From Takakia lepidozioides (lineage: Eukaryota; Plantae; Bryophyta), in NCBI GenBank assembly GCA_030704615.1, contig CM060734.1, positions 10,168,001-10,232,000 of the forward strand: a stretch of 64,000 nucleotides of DNA. Direction: 5' to 3'. The notes below the pieces were generated by a model that worked only from the letters and a program-made list of their open reading frames with translations, ran no database searches and had not been told where the DNA came from. The translations under genes were made by a program, and so were the position numbers. Shown piece after piece: positions 36,871 through 50,400 of the stretch. Every line of letters begins with the position of its first letter. Positions within the stretch are counted from its first letter, which is position 1.

Positions 36871-38070
36871 TGGTCCATGTCTCTGCTGTGGTCCGCAAGC
36901 GAGCCATCATGGCATTCTCTCAAGAGACCATCTCTAAGCCCTCCCTTCAGCACGTAGACCTCCCTGCAGGAAGCGTAAATAAGAGTCTGGACTCTGCCTT
37001 CCTGGCGCTTTTGCTTATACCGAAGCAGTCCTTTATGCAAGTGGAATTGCGACTTAATCCCCAGCCTCAAGTCCCGCAATATCGACGTCGCGAACTCATC
37101 CTTCCAATAAGCCTTCCAAATTTTCCTCTGCAACTTTGTCTTGCCCTCGTACACCAACATGAGTTGCTGCTTTCTACTCAGAGCATCGGCCACCACATTG
37201 TCCCGTCCCGGTTTGTACTGGATATCCACATCGAACACTGCCAAAGTGTCTTGCCACCTAATTTGTTTTGGGGACAACTTAGGCTGTGTGGCAAAATACT
37301 TCACCGTGACATTGTCCGTGAACACCTTCACCAGGTTGGAACCAACATAGTGGCGCCAAAGCTCAAGGCAATGCACCACCGCCTTCATTTCTTTCTCATG
37401 CGTAGGCCACCGTCGCTCCACTTCATTCAGCTTCTTACTTTCGTAAGCCACTGGACGTCCATCTTGCATCAGCACACCCCCAATGGCGAAGTTTGACGCA
37501 TCCGTGTGAATCTCAAATGGACGGTCGAACTCCGGGATGTTCAAGACTGGAGCTTCCGCCATCCACTGCTTTAACTCGGCAAAAGCTTGGCCACAAAAAA
37601 ATGTTTCATATCCATACCTTGGACTTACATAGAAGGTCTGACAGCGGCCCCGCGATCTTGGCAAAATTTCTCACATACTTTTGGTAGTAGGAGGCGAGTC
37701 ACAGAAAAGATCGCACTCCCAGGACCGAGGTTGGAGGTTCCCAGTCCAAGATCGTCCTCACCTTTTTGTCATCCATTTTGATCCCATCCTGTGTAATCAC
37801 ATGTCCTAGGAACTCCACTTTCGTGACCCCGAATTCGCACTTTGAAGCTTTGGCATACAGCTTCTCTTCCCGCAATTTCTGGAACACCTTTTTGAGGTGC
37901 TCCAGGTGGTCTTCCTTCATTTTTGAGTACACCAAGATGTTGATGTACACGATCACAAAGTCATCCAACCACTCATAAAAGAGGCAGTTCATCAGCGTGC
38001 TAAAGGTTGTTGGCGCGTTGTTGAACCCAAAAAGCATCACCAAATATTCGTATGAGCCATACCTTGTCCT

Positions 38071-38409
38071 TGTCAAGTAAAGTTTACTAGTAGTGTGAAA
38101 CTGGCCAATAAATAACTAGTTTTTATATATGACACTTGGGCTTGATCCAAGTGTCAACCCAGGGATCAAGATATTTGTTGGCCCCTGGACGTTGCTTATC
38201 TTCACGGCGAACGCGCGGTGAGGCTCATCTCTCTCGAGTGATAATAAAAACTAGACACCATCACTCATACATTATGAGTCAAGCCAAGCACACCCCAAAA
38301 GCTATGGGGAATCTGCACTACGCATTGTGGCAGAGTGATTTGTGTGTATGTATATGTTGTGTGGTTTGGACAGCGATGTAGTTGTGTAGCGAGGTGTATG
38401 CGCACGACA
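38071..38409 (+). mobile_element. 339-bp A-B mini/solo element of the split-repeat family, 4-bp TSD TCCT
   Basis: TGTCAAGT...GCACGACA; TCCT at 38067-38070 and 38410-38413. Removing the element and one TSD restores the host RT frame (..TACRTRYGSYEY). Confidence 0.92.
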
Positions 38410-40628
38410 TCCTGCATGCTGTCTATTCCTCATCTCTTTCCGCTATCCGGATCTGGTGGTAACCCGAGCGTAAATCGATCTGGCTGAAATACTTTGCTCC
38501 TGCCAACCGATCGAAGAGGTCGTCGATCCTTGGCAAAGGGTACCGGTTTTTGATAGTCACCTTATTCAGAGCCTTATAATCAACACACATCCGCAGCGTC
38601 CCATCCTTCTTATTTGCGAATAGTACCGGGGCTCCATAAGGTAATTTACTCGGCCGGATGTACCCCTTTGCCATTAGATCCTTGAGTTGGGCCTTCAACT
38701 TGACCAACTCTCTGTGGCTCAACCAGTAGGGCACCTTGGCAGGCGGCTCCGATCCTGGCACCACCTCTATCTTGTGGTCAACTCCTCTTCGCGGTGGCAA
38801 GCCGCTTGGTAAATCCTCTGGCATCACATCCTAGTATTTCTCGAGGATCCCCTTGATCCAATCTGGGCTCGGCTCCCTATCGACTTCTCCTTCCACTTGT
38901 CTCACGTAAAACAAAAATTGGGGCTCGTGTGGCTCCTCCATGGCCCACTCCTTTGTTGTCAGCAGGTTTATTCGCCCTCCTACTCGGTTGGGCATTTCTG
39001 ACACCCGTAAAACTTCGCCACCATTCCCACACGGTAGCGTGACTACTCTCTTGCGGCCATCTATGACCGCTCCGGATTTGCTCAAAAAGGTCATCCCCAA
39101 AATGAGAGCCACTCCATCGATCTCGCAAATGGTGAAGTTCTCACGACGTCCCTCCCAACTCTCCAGCTAAAGAGGAACATTGAATGCCACCCTCATCGCC
39201 AGTTGTGATTCTCCTTTGGCAGAACGCACTTCAATAGAAGCCCCCACATCACTTGTCGGGAGGCCCAGCTTCCGTGCCGTTGCCGGTGTCATGAAGGAGT
39301 GTGACGCTCCTGTGTCCACCAACAACGACACGTTAGTTCCGGAAATTACCCCACACACGAACATTAGCTGACTTCCTTTACGCAAAGCTCTCGTCTCCTA
39401 GTATAACTCACAAAAATAGTTGCCTACCTTGCCAGTCCTGGCGACCACCGCCTCCACCAAGCGGCTGATGGGATCTTCAGACAGCTCCGTGGTCGCCCGA
39501 GTCATGTTCAATTGTCGGGGTTTCAGGCACTTCTTGGCCATGTGCCCGGGCTCCCCGCAATTAAAGCACACCCCATCAAAAGTTGCCTTCTGTCTGCCAT
39601 TAGCCGCCGCACCTGATTTTCCTTTTAAAGTACCGGGTGCCGCCTTGACGTGCGAAGGCCCTCCCTTCGATTTCCATCTGCCATTGTCGCCGCGTAGCCT
39701 ATCCCACTTCTTTTCCGGTCGGAAGGAGTCACCCTCTCGCCGGACCTTCTTGTGGTTCAGCTCCGTATGGCCCTGTCTTTCACCCCTAGGCACATCCGAG
39801 AAGCATTCAGCCCTTTCAATTGTCTCGTTCAAAGTCTTTGGTGGCCTCTCCTCCAACTTCCGCCTGGCCCATGGGGCCAGTCCCGCCACAAAATTGAAGA
39901 CCATTTCTGGTTCCGCCATATCCGCGACTTCAAGCAATAGCACATTGAAAGCCTGAACATATCCCCGAATGTCATCCGTTTGCTTCAAGTTCCTCATCTT
40001 GTCCCGGGCGAGCTAGGACACGTTGAGGGGCACAAACTGTCTTTTCATAAGTTCCTTGAACCCACTCCAACTCAAGGTTTCTGGGTTTGGCCCTTGGTCA
40101 TAAAGGCGCTTCTTCCACCATTGTTGAGCATAGCCCCTCAAATACGTGGGAGCCACTTCCACCCGATCCTCGTCACTCAACTTGGCTGCCCGGAAGTACC
40201 GCTCTAGCTCCAAGAGCCAGGTGTTGAGTGCCTTCCGATTTCGGACGCCTCAAAGGTGCTGGGTTCCTTAGGCTTCACCTTAAACTTCACCTTAGTGGAA
40301 GTGGCATTAGCCGCCCTCATCACGTCTTTCAACGTCCTGCCAAACTGCGCCAACAACCCTTCCCAAAAGGCTGCTGGCATGGGAGGCATCTGTTGGTCTG
40401 GCGGAGCCTTTGGGAAGTCCTCGGGCTCCGACTCCCCAAATTCCTCCCGCTCTTGAGCGGCCTCGCTTTCAGAAGCATAAATTGCCTCTTTCATTTGCCG
40501 CTTCGGTGACACGTCGCCCCCACCGGGCTCACCGGGATCATCGTCTTTCGGGCCGTTCCGCTTTCGCTTTGTCTTGCCCGACCCCATGGTGAGGCCGATC
40601 TCAAGGAGGATCGCGTACTGAACTCTAA

Positions 40629-40640
40629 GCTCTGATACCA
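40629..40640 (-). promoter_or_regulatory. Primer binding site complementary to initiator tRNA-Met
   Basis: TGGTATCAGAGC two bases after the LTR-terminal CA. Confidence 0.9.
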
Positions 40641-41189
40641 AGTGTCGCACACCTCACTTCGGTAAACTCCCCTTCAAGTCATAATTACTCGCTTTGATGC
40701 GTGCGCCTAACTCCCAAACTGGCCGCCGGGCCAACTTGGAGCTCCAGGCACTAGAAGCATTCGTGTCTTTTCCGAATCGACTGGGTGTCCGCCAACCACT
40801 CCAGGAACCACTTGGCAGTAAACGAGACTACTGGAGAGTCGAAACGGACAATGTGGGCCCACGGGGGCATTTCTGACGGCGGGCAGAAGTGGGGTCAACG
40901 ACTCCGGAGACGTAGCAAAAATCCGGGCTATTTGATTAATTGCGTAAATACGTAAAATTTGAAAACAAGTGGTTCTAATTACTGCACATTCGACATAATT
41001 TGATTAATGGAATAAAGATATTTATTCATTAAAGTGAATATGTAGTCGACTCAACGACTCCATGAACCACTGCGCATTGATTGCACCCGGACATTTGTTG
41101 ACGTGTGTTTCACAAGAACACGCAAACAAAATCTGGCCTTGGGGCCTTGCATATTTAAATATATACTTCCTCCACCTCGAAGTGACATG

Positions 41190-42306
41190 GAAGGTCCATG
41201 GTGACATCGTGAAAGCTGTAATTGTAGGGTTTGCCTTCTGAACACCGCCCTGGTGGACATGTATGCCGAATGCGGGAGCATTGAAGATGCGAAGGTAGCG
41301 TTCGACTGTGGCTCAACGAGATGTGGTGTCGTGGAGTGCGATGATCACATTGGCAACAAGGCAAGGATGTATGCATGATTTGTGCAGAGGCAGTGATAGC
41401 TAAAGGAGCAGGACAGAGTGTGGGTCCATATTCATCCAAGAGGGTCGGATTTCAAGCTCCAGATTACCTATGGATCCCTGTGGAAGGATAACTACAAGAA
41501 ACCTCCATGGGAAGATGGTTAGCCCATGGTGACATCGGTCAAAGCTGGAATTGCACTAGATGTCATTCTGAACACTGCCATGACCTGGACATGTATGCCA
41601 AATGTGGATGCATTGAGGATGCAAAGGGAGTTTTTGACTCTATGGCTGAACGAGATGTGGTGTTGTGGAGTGCGATGCTTGTAGGGTATGCACAACAGGG
41701 ATATGGGATGGAGGCTTTGGAGACCTATGATCAAATGATGGGGGAGGGGGTGAAGCCCGGCCACTTTGTGTGCGTTTGCAATGCTTGTGCAAGCTTGGCA
41801 GCCCTAGACAAGGGCAAAGAGGTGCATGGGGATATCATCAAAGCTGGAATTGTACCAAATGTCATTCTGAACACTGCCCTGGCAGCTCTGGAAAAGGGGA
41901 AAGAGGTCCATGGCGACATCTTCAGAGCTGGAATTGTACCAAATGTCATTTTGAACCATACCCTGGTGGACATGTATGCAAAATGTGGGTGCATCTAGGA
42001 TGCAAAGGGAGTGTTCGACACTATGGCTGAACAAGATGTGGTGTCGTGGAGTGCGATGCTTGCAGGGTATGCACGGTAGGGACGTGGGATGGAGGCTTTG
42101 GAGAGCTATGAGCAAAGGATGGGGGAAGCACATCATGTTTGTGTGCATTTGCAATGCTAGCCATGCACCTCTTTCCCCATTTCCAAAGCTGCCAGGGCAG
42201 TGTTCAGATTGACATTTGGCACAATTCCAGCTTTGATGATATCCCTGTGCACCTCTTGCCCTTCTCCAGGGCTGCCAGGCTTGCACGCACATTGCAAATG
42301 CACACA
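41190..42306 (+). pseudogene. Decayed PLS-class PPR gene fragments with an inverted duplication
   Basis: DMYAKCGCIEDAKGVFDSMAERDVVLWSAMLVGYAQQGYGMEAL, LAALDKGKEVHGDII; stops and frameshifts. 42161-42306 is an inverted copy of about 41767-41912. Confidence 0.85.
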
Positions 42307-43700
42307 CACTGTCACACTATTGGGTTTGACCCCATAAGTGATGGTTCCCTTAGCCCAGTCTGTACATACTTGAGCTTGAACCAACCATGGTCTGCCCAAT
42401 AGTAATGCATACGAGTATCCATCTGACGGAAATTCAATGACTTGGAATTCCATTGTGTATGCAGAACCCCCGGATTGCATCTGAAGATTGGAAATTTGAC
42501 CCACTAGCCTGATTCTTCGTTGATCTGCCAATCGGATAATCAATGGGGATTTACCAGTCATGTGTAAGCCTAGTTTCTCCATTGTGGAGAGTGGCATGAT
42601 GTTCACCGAGCTTCCACCATCTACCAAACAATGTTGAATAAAACAGACTACAATCTCCACTTCAATCTCTATTGGTCCAGGGTCTATTCTTGCATTGACA
42701 TGATGTGATACTAGGAAATTCTCTCGTCTTTTCCTGACCAATGAAGCCTTCAAGGCTTGTCTGACTGTAGGGGCAAGAGAAACAAGCTGAGCTACTGAAA
42801 TGTTGGCCTCCACTTGGCGCAGGTCATGCATCAAGTTATAGGGCTCAAGCTCATCGGTAAATCTCATGGTGGTAGACTTCATTTTCAGAATTTGAGGATG
42901 TTTCGTTGTAGTGTTAGCTATTTTGACTGCTAACAGTTTCGGTCACATCACTAGTGACGGCAACGGAGTGGACACCTTACCCGGAGAGTCGCTCCCTTCA
43001 AATACCATAGATTTTCCCTTCTTGATACTGGCTTCATTCTCATTGTGAAGAGTAGTAGCAATTTTTGTCACATCGTCCTTCACAACTTGAAAATCCATTG
43101 GTTCTTTGTCCGAAGATGAAGTAGGTGTAACCTCTGGAATTACCTCTTCCGGCGCTCGTACCAGCATCTCTCGTTGTTGGCGAGTCATCACCACACATAT
43201 GTTCTCCTCACATTCCTCCTCTTTTGGCATGCTTGACAGTTCGGCGTGTATCCAATTCACATTAGGTTGCGATGGTAACTTCTGCGTGACTGGACCAGAG
43301 GAAGTCCCTGCTTGTGGAAGAGGTTGTGTGGATGTCAATGCTTGATTGGACCCTTGATTCCTCTCATCCTGCGATCGTCGCCATGGAAGTTGACTTTGCG
43401 TTTCCTGCATCACAAGATTTGTAAATGACACGCTAGGCTGCTGACTGAATTGAGATTGCTTTGTGGGATTTGAATTTGGATCTCTTTGTAATATTTGCGG
43501 AGCAAAGTACATCCCGTGTTGGGGTGGTAAATTTTCCGAAGGCACCTGATTATATTGATCAGGAAATGGCGCTCTTTGACCTTGTAGATTCTGATCAACT
43601 TGCCATTGGGTAGTAGGTTTTGTGTCTCCTTGTGTCCTTCAACCATTCCTAAGAATGGAACCACCTTAGGAAACCACGCCATCCACTGAAGATTCAAACA
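42307..43700 (-). pseudogene. Gag-linker/aspartic protease fragment of an Athila/Tat-type (non-chromovirus) Gypsy element
   Basis: YNLMHDLRQVEANISVAQLV linker; CLVDGGSSVNIMP and ALLLGRPWL protease motifs. Confidence 0.8.
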
Positions 43701-44315
43701 AACCTCCACAGGCCAGCACAAGCCGTCCATAGGTCGGCACAGGCCACACACAGATCAACACGGGCCACCACAGGCCGGCACAGTCTCACAGCCCCACACA
43801 GGTCACAGCCCCCTTCATGGTCGCTCATGGCAGTTTAGCCATTTCTCCAAGGAGTTTAGCCACACCAAGCTAGGGTTTGTATCGTCGTGCGCATACATAT
43901 CGCTACACAACTACATCACTGTCCAAAACCACACAACACATGTGCACACCACACACTAGTATACCACTAGTCCACCACTAGTCCAGCCACTAGTCCAACC
44001 ACTAGGCTACAACTAGTCAGTCACTAGGCTGCCACTATGCTGCCCACTATGGCAGTCACTAGTCCACACAATCGCCCCCCTAGCTGGTGCTTAGGTCCCT
44101 CTAAGTCCAGATAGCCACAAGATGTGATAGTGACCATAGCCTCACTAAGTCTTCCACCACTATCCCTACTACACTCAAACTCGATAGATCAAGAGGCCGG
44201 GTGCAAGAGTTGCCCCATCGTTAGTCGCCGTCTTGCAACCTGTGAACTTGAGCTTGGGATCTCATGTATTGACTCCTATGAGCTTGGCCTCCCATGTCTT
44301 GTTAGCTGCCTCCAG

Positions 44316-47300
44316 TCATGTCCACTGCCAGTATCCCAAGCAGTGTGGACACAACCAATCTCCGTCAGGAACCTTCTCAAGAGGTGGTGTCAAACATCCC
44401 ATATGCCAACCCCTTGAGCATCGATCACACACCAGCATGGTGGCTGCCCCTTTGGCAGACCCACAGAGCATGCACCTCAAACCTGCAGGTACCACTGCCA
44501 AGTTTGGGTCAACTCTGCCATCGACATTGGGAAGGTGACATGGCGCACAATTACGCACATGGTCCTTCCAAGTCATGCCATCCCGACCCTCCAAGATCAG
44601 GACCCCTGAGGGCAACACCTCTCGAACCCTGAGAATAACACGCCCTGCAGTAACATCTAGAGTCGTAGGAGCAGTCTGCTGCAAATAAACATAGTCACCA
44701 GGGCTAAACCTCCGAACCCCAGGACGATATCCTCCACCACGTATGGTGGCATATCTCAACGTATCACGGTGCTGTGTAATGGCAAGGTTCTCAAAAGCCA
44801 TGGGCATGACTTTCTTGAACAATTCTGCACACTGATCACATGCACGTACCCACACGTCCGGATCGTCAAGGTTAAGGACTTGAGCAGTGTCCCTACGAAT
44901 GGCTGCAGGCAAATCCGGCTCTCGGCCAAAGAGAAGGAAATATGGTGAGAAGGAGGCAAGTGATGCTTGTTTGCTGAACCTGTAGCCCATGGCTAACCAA
45001 GGAACCTGAAGATCCCAATCTCCTAGGTGTCCCTTCTGCAAGCCATACTTGCGCAAACCCCTCTTCACCGTCTGAACAACTCTCTCTGCCAAGCCATCGG
45101 CCTCAGGATGATCCCGAGAAATGGTGCGGTGGTCTATCAAGGCTTTATCACACAAAGCCTGAAACTCCCCCAAGAACTCTCTCCCTTGGTCCGTGAGTAC
45201 CTCAGCTGGAGCACCAAATCGGCTAAGCACACGATCCAAGAATGCATACGCAGCCCCCTCACTAGCCTTGTCAAGCAATGGAACCAACTCAATCCACTTG
45301 GAGAAGTGCTCCACCATCACCAACACATATCTATGGTGGCGCATAGTCAGTGGCAACGGTCCTGCGAAGTCAAGACTCCACCTGTAGCCCAATCCCATGA
45401 TTGGTAAAGGATGCAACTGTGATGTAGGGGCGTTGAATGAAGCACGCACCCTGTCACACACCATGCACCTAGCCACGAACTGTTGCACCTCTGTATGCAT
45501 ACCACGCCACCAATACTGCCCCTGCAGTAAACTGTGAGTGCGTCGCACTCCAAAATGCCCCAACTCCTCATGGGCATGCCGCACTAACCGTGCACGCTGT
45601 GTGGGGTGAGGCACATCCTCACCCGACCATCCTCCCACACTCGAAGTAGGTGTATCCCCTCCCACTTGAACCTCTTGGCTCGTTGCAGGATCCGATCCCT
45701 CTCCCTGGCAGTCACAGTGGCTGCCGTGTCTCCCGTGCGGAGGTAGTCCAACACAGCCGAATCCTCATGTATATCTCTGGCACCACCTGGCTCATCACTA
45801 GCCTCAGAGTCCTCAGACACTCCGTCTATAGTCATCCCTATTGTAGGTCCAACCTGACCTCCCGATGCCAAGATACACAAAAATGCAGATGCGTGCCATC
45901 CCGGCACCATCTCCTCGTCCGTCTCACCATGCCACCGAGCTCCAGTGTCATCCTGTTGGCTCGTGCATGGATTGCGACTCAATCCATCCGCATCCCAATT
46001 GACCAAACCCGGTCGATGCACAACCTGAAAGTCATACTCCTGGAGTATGAGTGCCCACCGTGCAAGCTTCCCCGTAAGCTTGTCTGACTCCATCAACCAC
46101 TTGAGTGGTTGGTGATCCATGACAAGGGTGAAAAGATTGTCGTATAGATAGCACCTGAAGTGTGCCACGGCCCACACTGCAGCTAAGCACTCTCCCTCAT
46201 ATGAGTTGTACTTAGCCTCTGCAGCGTTGTTCGAGCGGCTAGCATAAGCCACTACGAACTCTCTTCCCTCATCATCCACATGTGTGAGCACCGCTCCAAG
46301 CCCCAACATGCTCCAATCCGTATGCAGCTGAAAGGGACGCCCCCTGATAGATCGTCTCAGGATATGCGCCGAGGTCAACCTCACCTTGAGCTCTTGAAAA
46401 GCTCGTTCCTGCTCATCTTCCCACTGCCACTCCTGGTCCACCTTGGTCAGCTTGGTTAGAGCCTTTGCAATGGTACTAAATCCCTTGACAAACCGTCTAT
46501 AATAGTTTGCCAACCCCATGAAAGCTCGAACTCGGCTCACATCCGTGGGGCGTGGAATTTGTGCAATGGCCTCTACCTTAGTCTGCTGTACCCCCAATCC
46601 TCCAGGATATATCATGTGACCCAGATACTCAATCTGGTTGTGGAAAAACTTGCACTTCCCCGGATGCAACTTCAATCCGTGCGCTCTCAAGCGCTCCAAT
46701 ACCACCTGAAGGTGTCTCTCATGCTCCTCCATCGTAACACTAAAGATGATGATGTCATCTATGTAGCACCGAGCAAAGTCCACCCCTGCTAGAATCCTAT
46801 CCATGACTCTCTGAAACTCTGCAGGAGCATTCTTAAGCCCAAATGGTAAGAACCGCCACTGATATAGGCAATCCTTGCCGTGCTCATTGATCCCCCAGAA
46901 TGTCGTCTTCTGCTTGTCCGCCTCCTTGATTGGCAACTGGTGATATCCGGATCGTAAATCCAAAGTGCTAAAGGCCTTAGCATGCCCGATGGCATCAAAG
47001 ATCTCCTCTGGTGTTGGCATGGCATACTTATCGGACTTGGTCTGACGATTTACAGGCCGGTAATCACCGCACATACGTCTCTCCGTCCAATTGCCATAGA
47101 CATCCTTCTTGGCTGGCATCACTGTGGCTGAAGCATACTCTCCACCAGAGAGCTCCACCAAACCTGCCTCCCAGAGATCTTGAGTCCTCATCTGAATCAA
47201 AGACCTCTCCATGTCACTGTATCTATAGGGTCTCCGAAAGATTGGCGTGTCAGTGGCCAACTCAATACGGATCTCTTGACCCTTCAGTGCTCCCAAGTCC

Positions 47301-47464
47301 TTCAAACTGAAGGCAAAGCAATTTTTGTAAGCCCTCAGGAACCGCCGTATACGTCGTCTCTCTCCTCCGGTGACAATGGGTCCAATGTCAGGCTCCCAAT
47401 TGTCCTCCGTAACTACAACCTTAAGTCCAGTGGGCTTAGAGGTAGAGGACGCGTCCAGTGGTTG
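44316..47464 (-). pseudogene. ORF2 of copy 2: RT-RH-IN-PHD, one frameshift near 45615
   Basis: ORFs 45584-47305 and 44316-45665. The frame is open from the codon directly after the TAG at 47465-47467. Confidence 0.92.
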
Positions 47465-50400
47465 CTATGTTGCAACCTCTTGAGCAGTACTCCCTGCCTG
47501 CTCAGTCAATGACAAGGCCTCATCCTGCCCCATCATCTCATCCTTGAGGACCTCCTCAACCCGGGAAGAATCCCCAACCTCATCCATCATAGCCGCCTTG
47601 GCTGCCAACTCCCTCTGAACCTCAAGCACCTCCCACGTGTGCCATGGATGCATGCACCCCGTGGTCCTCACATGCTCGCCCCCACTCACTGCCTGTACCG
47701 TCTCGGTAGGCAAAGAGACCATCGAGGGAAGTGTACTCCGTACTTTGCGTTGCTCAGCCAGAGCCAAGCTGATAATCCAGGTCAAGCAATTGAGATCCAT
47801 TGCTTGCCCCAACACTTGACGACGTGATGCCTCAGAAAGAGACGACACCGCCGTGGTACCAGTGGTAAAACCCATTGCCCGCTCACGCTCGTCAGCATTA
47901 GGCTCCACTAACTGCTGCAACTGAGCATCCCACAGGAGGCCAAGTCCACTATCCCGAAAAGCATGTGATCCTGGGAAGCTGAGCAGTGTAGGTAATGCCA
48001 CTCGTGGTTGACCCACCTTGTTGACCACTGCCAAAGGCGAACGGTCATCGTGTCTCACACGCTGAGACTGCCTCCCTGTGTCCAGAATGCTATCCACTGT
48101 GAGATGTGCTGGCCGCTGCACCCCATCAAATGCACGCTTGAGCAGTGCGGGTGGCATCAAGTTAGTCCACCATAGCCATGGACGATGAGCCCGTGACCCC
48201 ACTGTAGCTGCATCTAGCAACACTGCTGACCCAAGCCATGACCGGACTTGATGCACACTGGCCATCACCCTGGCCCGAGAATCGCTCATCAGTGGCACAT
48301 TCTCCAAGATGTATGCTGGAGATATAGCTTGATGAAGTTGTAAGTGGCGCAAAACCCGCACCATCTCCCAAAACAGACCCGACCTCGAGTCTCGCAATCC
48401 ATTGACATGCCCGGCTGATGAATGCCCTTGGCAGGGCCAACCTGCGACTACCAGATCAATGGAGCCAACCCTCTCCAAATCCTGCGCCCCCAGCAACGAA
48501 ATGTCTGCTGGCAAGGCCTGTTGAATTGCAGACACCAACAACAACTCAGGGTACCGCTGCACCAACTGAGCAACATGGTGAAATGAAATGCGTCGTGCAG
48601 TCTCATCCCTCTCCACATACAGGTAACGCCGAACTCGTACACCTGCCTGTAACACCGCAGCCAATCCGGTGCTGATCCCGCCAAACAAGTCTAGAAGACA
48701 AATGCCTTCATCCGGATACTGCCACACAATAGGTGTGGTGTCCAATGGAGACAACCGAGGTGGTCCTGGTGCAATCCCCGCACTCTCCTCCTCTCCTGAC
48801 GGTACAAAAACCTTCACCCAGGCTTGTTGCACCCGTCGATCAGCATCCCGCTACAAATCCTTGCTCGTGCCCCACAATGGAGTCTGAGCAACCATGGTAG
48901 GCAACTCCGCCATACCATACATGTCATCCTGCTCTCCCGGAGGTGGCACATCCTCTGAATGACCGTTGCCCTCAAGCAACTCTCTAGGCCAACTCACTGC
49001 CGCTGTGAATGCTGCTAGTGTCGGCATCTTGCCTCGCTGGGCAACCGCAACTCCTCCTATGAATGTCACAGGGAGCTGCACACGCCGGCCCTCCCCTGAC
49101 TGCCATGCAGGCCTATAGGAAGCTGACTCCTCCCAAAAATCCAGGGTGAAGCCCATGGGGTACAACACTGCCCCACCAACCAGGACATTGTATGAGACTG
49201 CGTCTGTCACAATGGCCTTGGCTCGCATCACTGAGCTATCTGTAGGGTGATCCGGCTGTAGTCTGATAGCCAACTCACGCCGTGTCATGCCCCGAGCCTG
49301 CTCCGATCCTCCCAGAGACGTCTGTATCTGGAAAGGACAAGGCTCCATATCCGCCTCCGTGAGGCCCAAGCCTGCAATAGCAGCTCTACCCAGCATCAAT
49401 GGCTGAGCTCCCGAGTCCAACAAGACCCGCAGTGGCCGGTACCTCTTGCCTGCCGGTCCACTCAAACAGAAAATGTCATCCTGGTTGTCTAATATGACAA
49501 CTTCAGGTGTCACCATGGCGCGCTCAATGGCTGGCCTAGCTGGCAGCTGCATCAACCTGGCAGCTGCAGCTTGCCATGGCGCCGCCGTGGCAGTCTTGAC
49601 CCTCAAATCCGAGGATCCCTCCGGCACTACACCTCCCAGTATCTCCGCAAAAGATGAAGTAACCTCCCCACTCTCACAGAGTGTAGCTGCCAGCCTGAAC
49701 ACCTCAGCTGGTCTTACCCCCGGCGTCGCAATCATGGTAGCCGAGAACAATGGAGCCTGGCACACAGATGTGGCCGCTCCTAGCAGCACACTAGCTGCCG
49801 TAGCCTTGGCGACACTAGGTAGTGGTGTTACTCGTGTAGCTCTCCCCAATGGCATAGTAACCTCTGCCTCGGTAACAGTCAGGCGAGAACTAGGTGCCAT
49901 GGATGGCGTCGACATTGTCTCCGCCAATGTGAATGACTGAGGAAGCCTAGCCTGACGGCTTGCCTCCCCATGCTGTGGATCCAACTCCACCTCTGCACCT
50001 CGTGGCTCAGGAACTCGTGCTGCTCCTTGAGTCACGGCTGCAGCAGACTCCACCTGCACTAGTGGTAGTGCTGCTCCACACATGAATCCCATGCCTCCCA
50101 TATCTCCTCCCTCAGGAGCAGGAGGTGGACCATCCGGCCTTAGAGCCGGTACCACCTGAGCTGTAGCCATGGCAGCGAGCCTCTGCTCTAGTTGCTGAAG
50201 CCGGTTGGCCATGCCTTGGTCAACACCTTGACCTCCGCATCCTTGGCCATGTTGAGCTTGCCCTTGGCCTGCACCTCGTGGCTGGCCACCTCGTCCTCTC
50301 TGGGCTGCTCCACCTCGCCCCCGGCCACCATTGTTCCCTTGGAACTGGCCTGGGCGCAACTCAGGATGCAAACCATAACACTGGGCCTCTCCATGCCCGT

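Larger units (their letters stand above)
36885..40744 (-). mobile_element. Chromovirus copy: partial 5' LTR (40643-40744), PBS, gag (CCHC), PR, RT, RH; truncated in the integrase
   Basis: [47 protein letters not shown]; in-frame stops; same family as 30464-34842. Confidence 0.9.

Noticed and set aside
42157-42882. Apparent protease-PPR fusion ORF
   Set aside because: Chance in-frame junction of a truncated retroelement with the inverted PPR arm.
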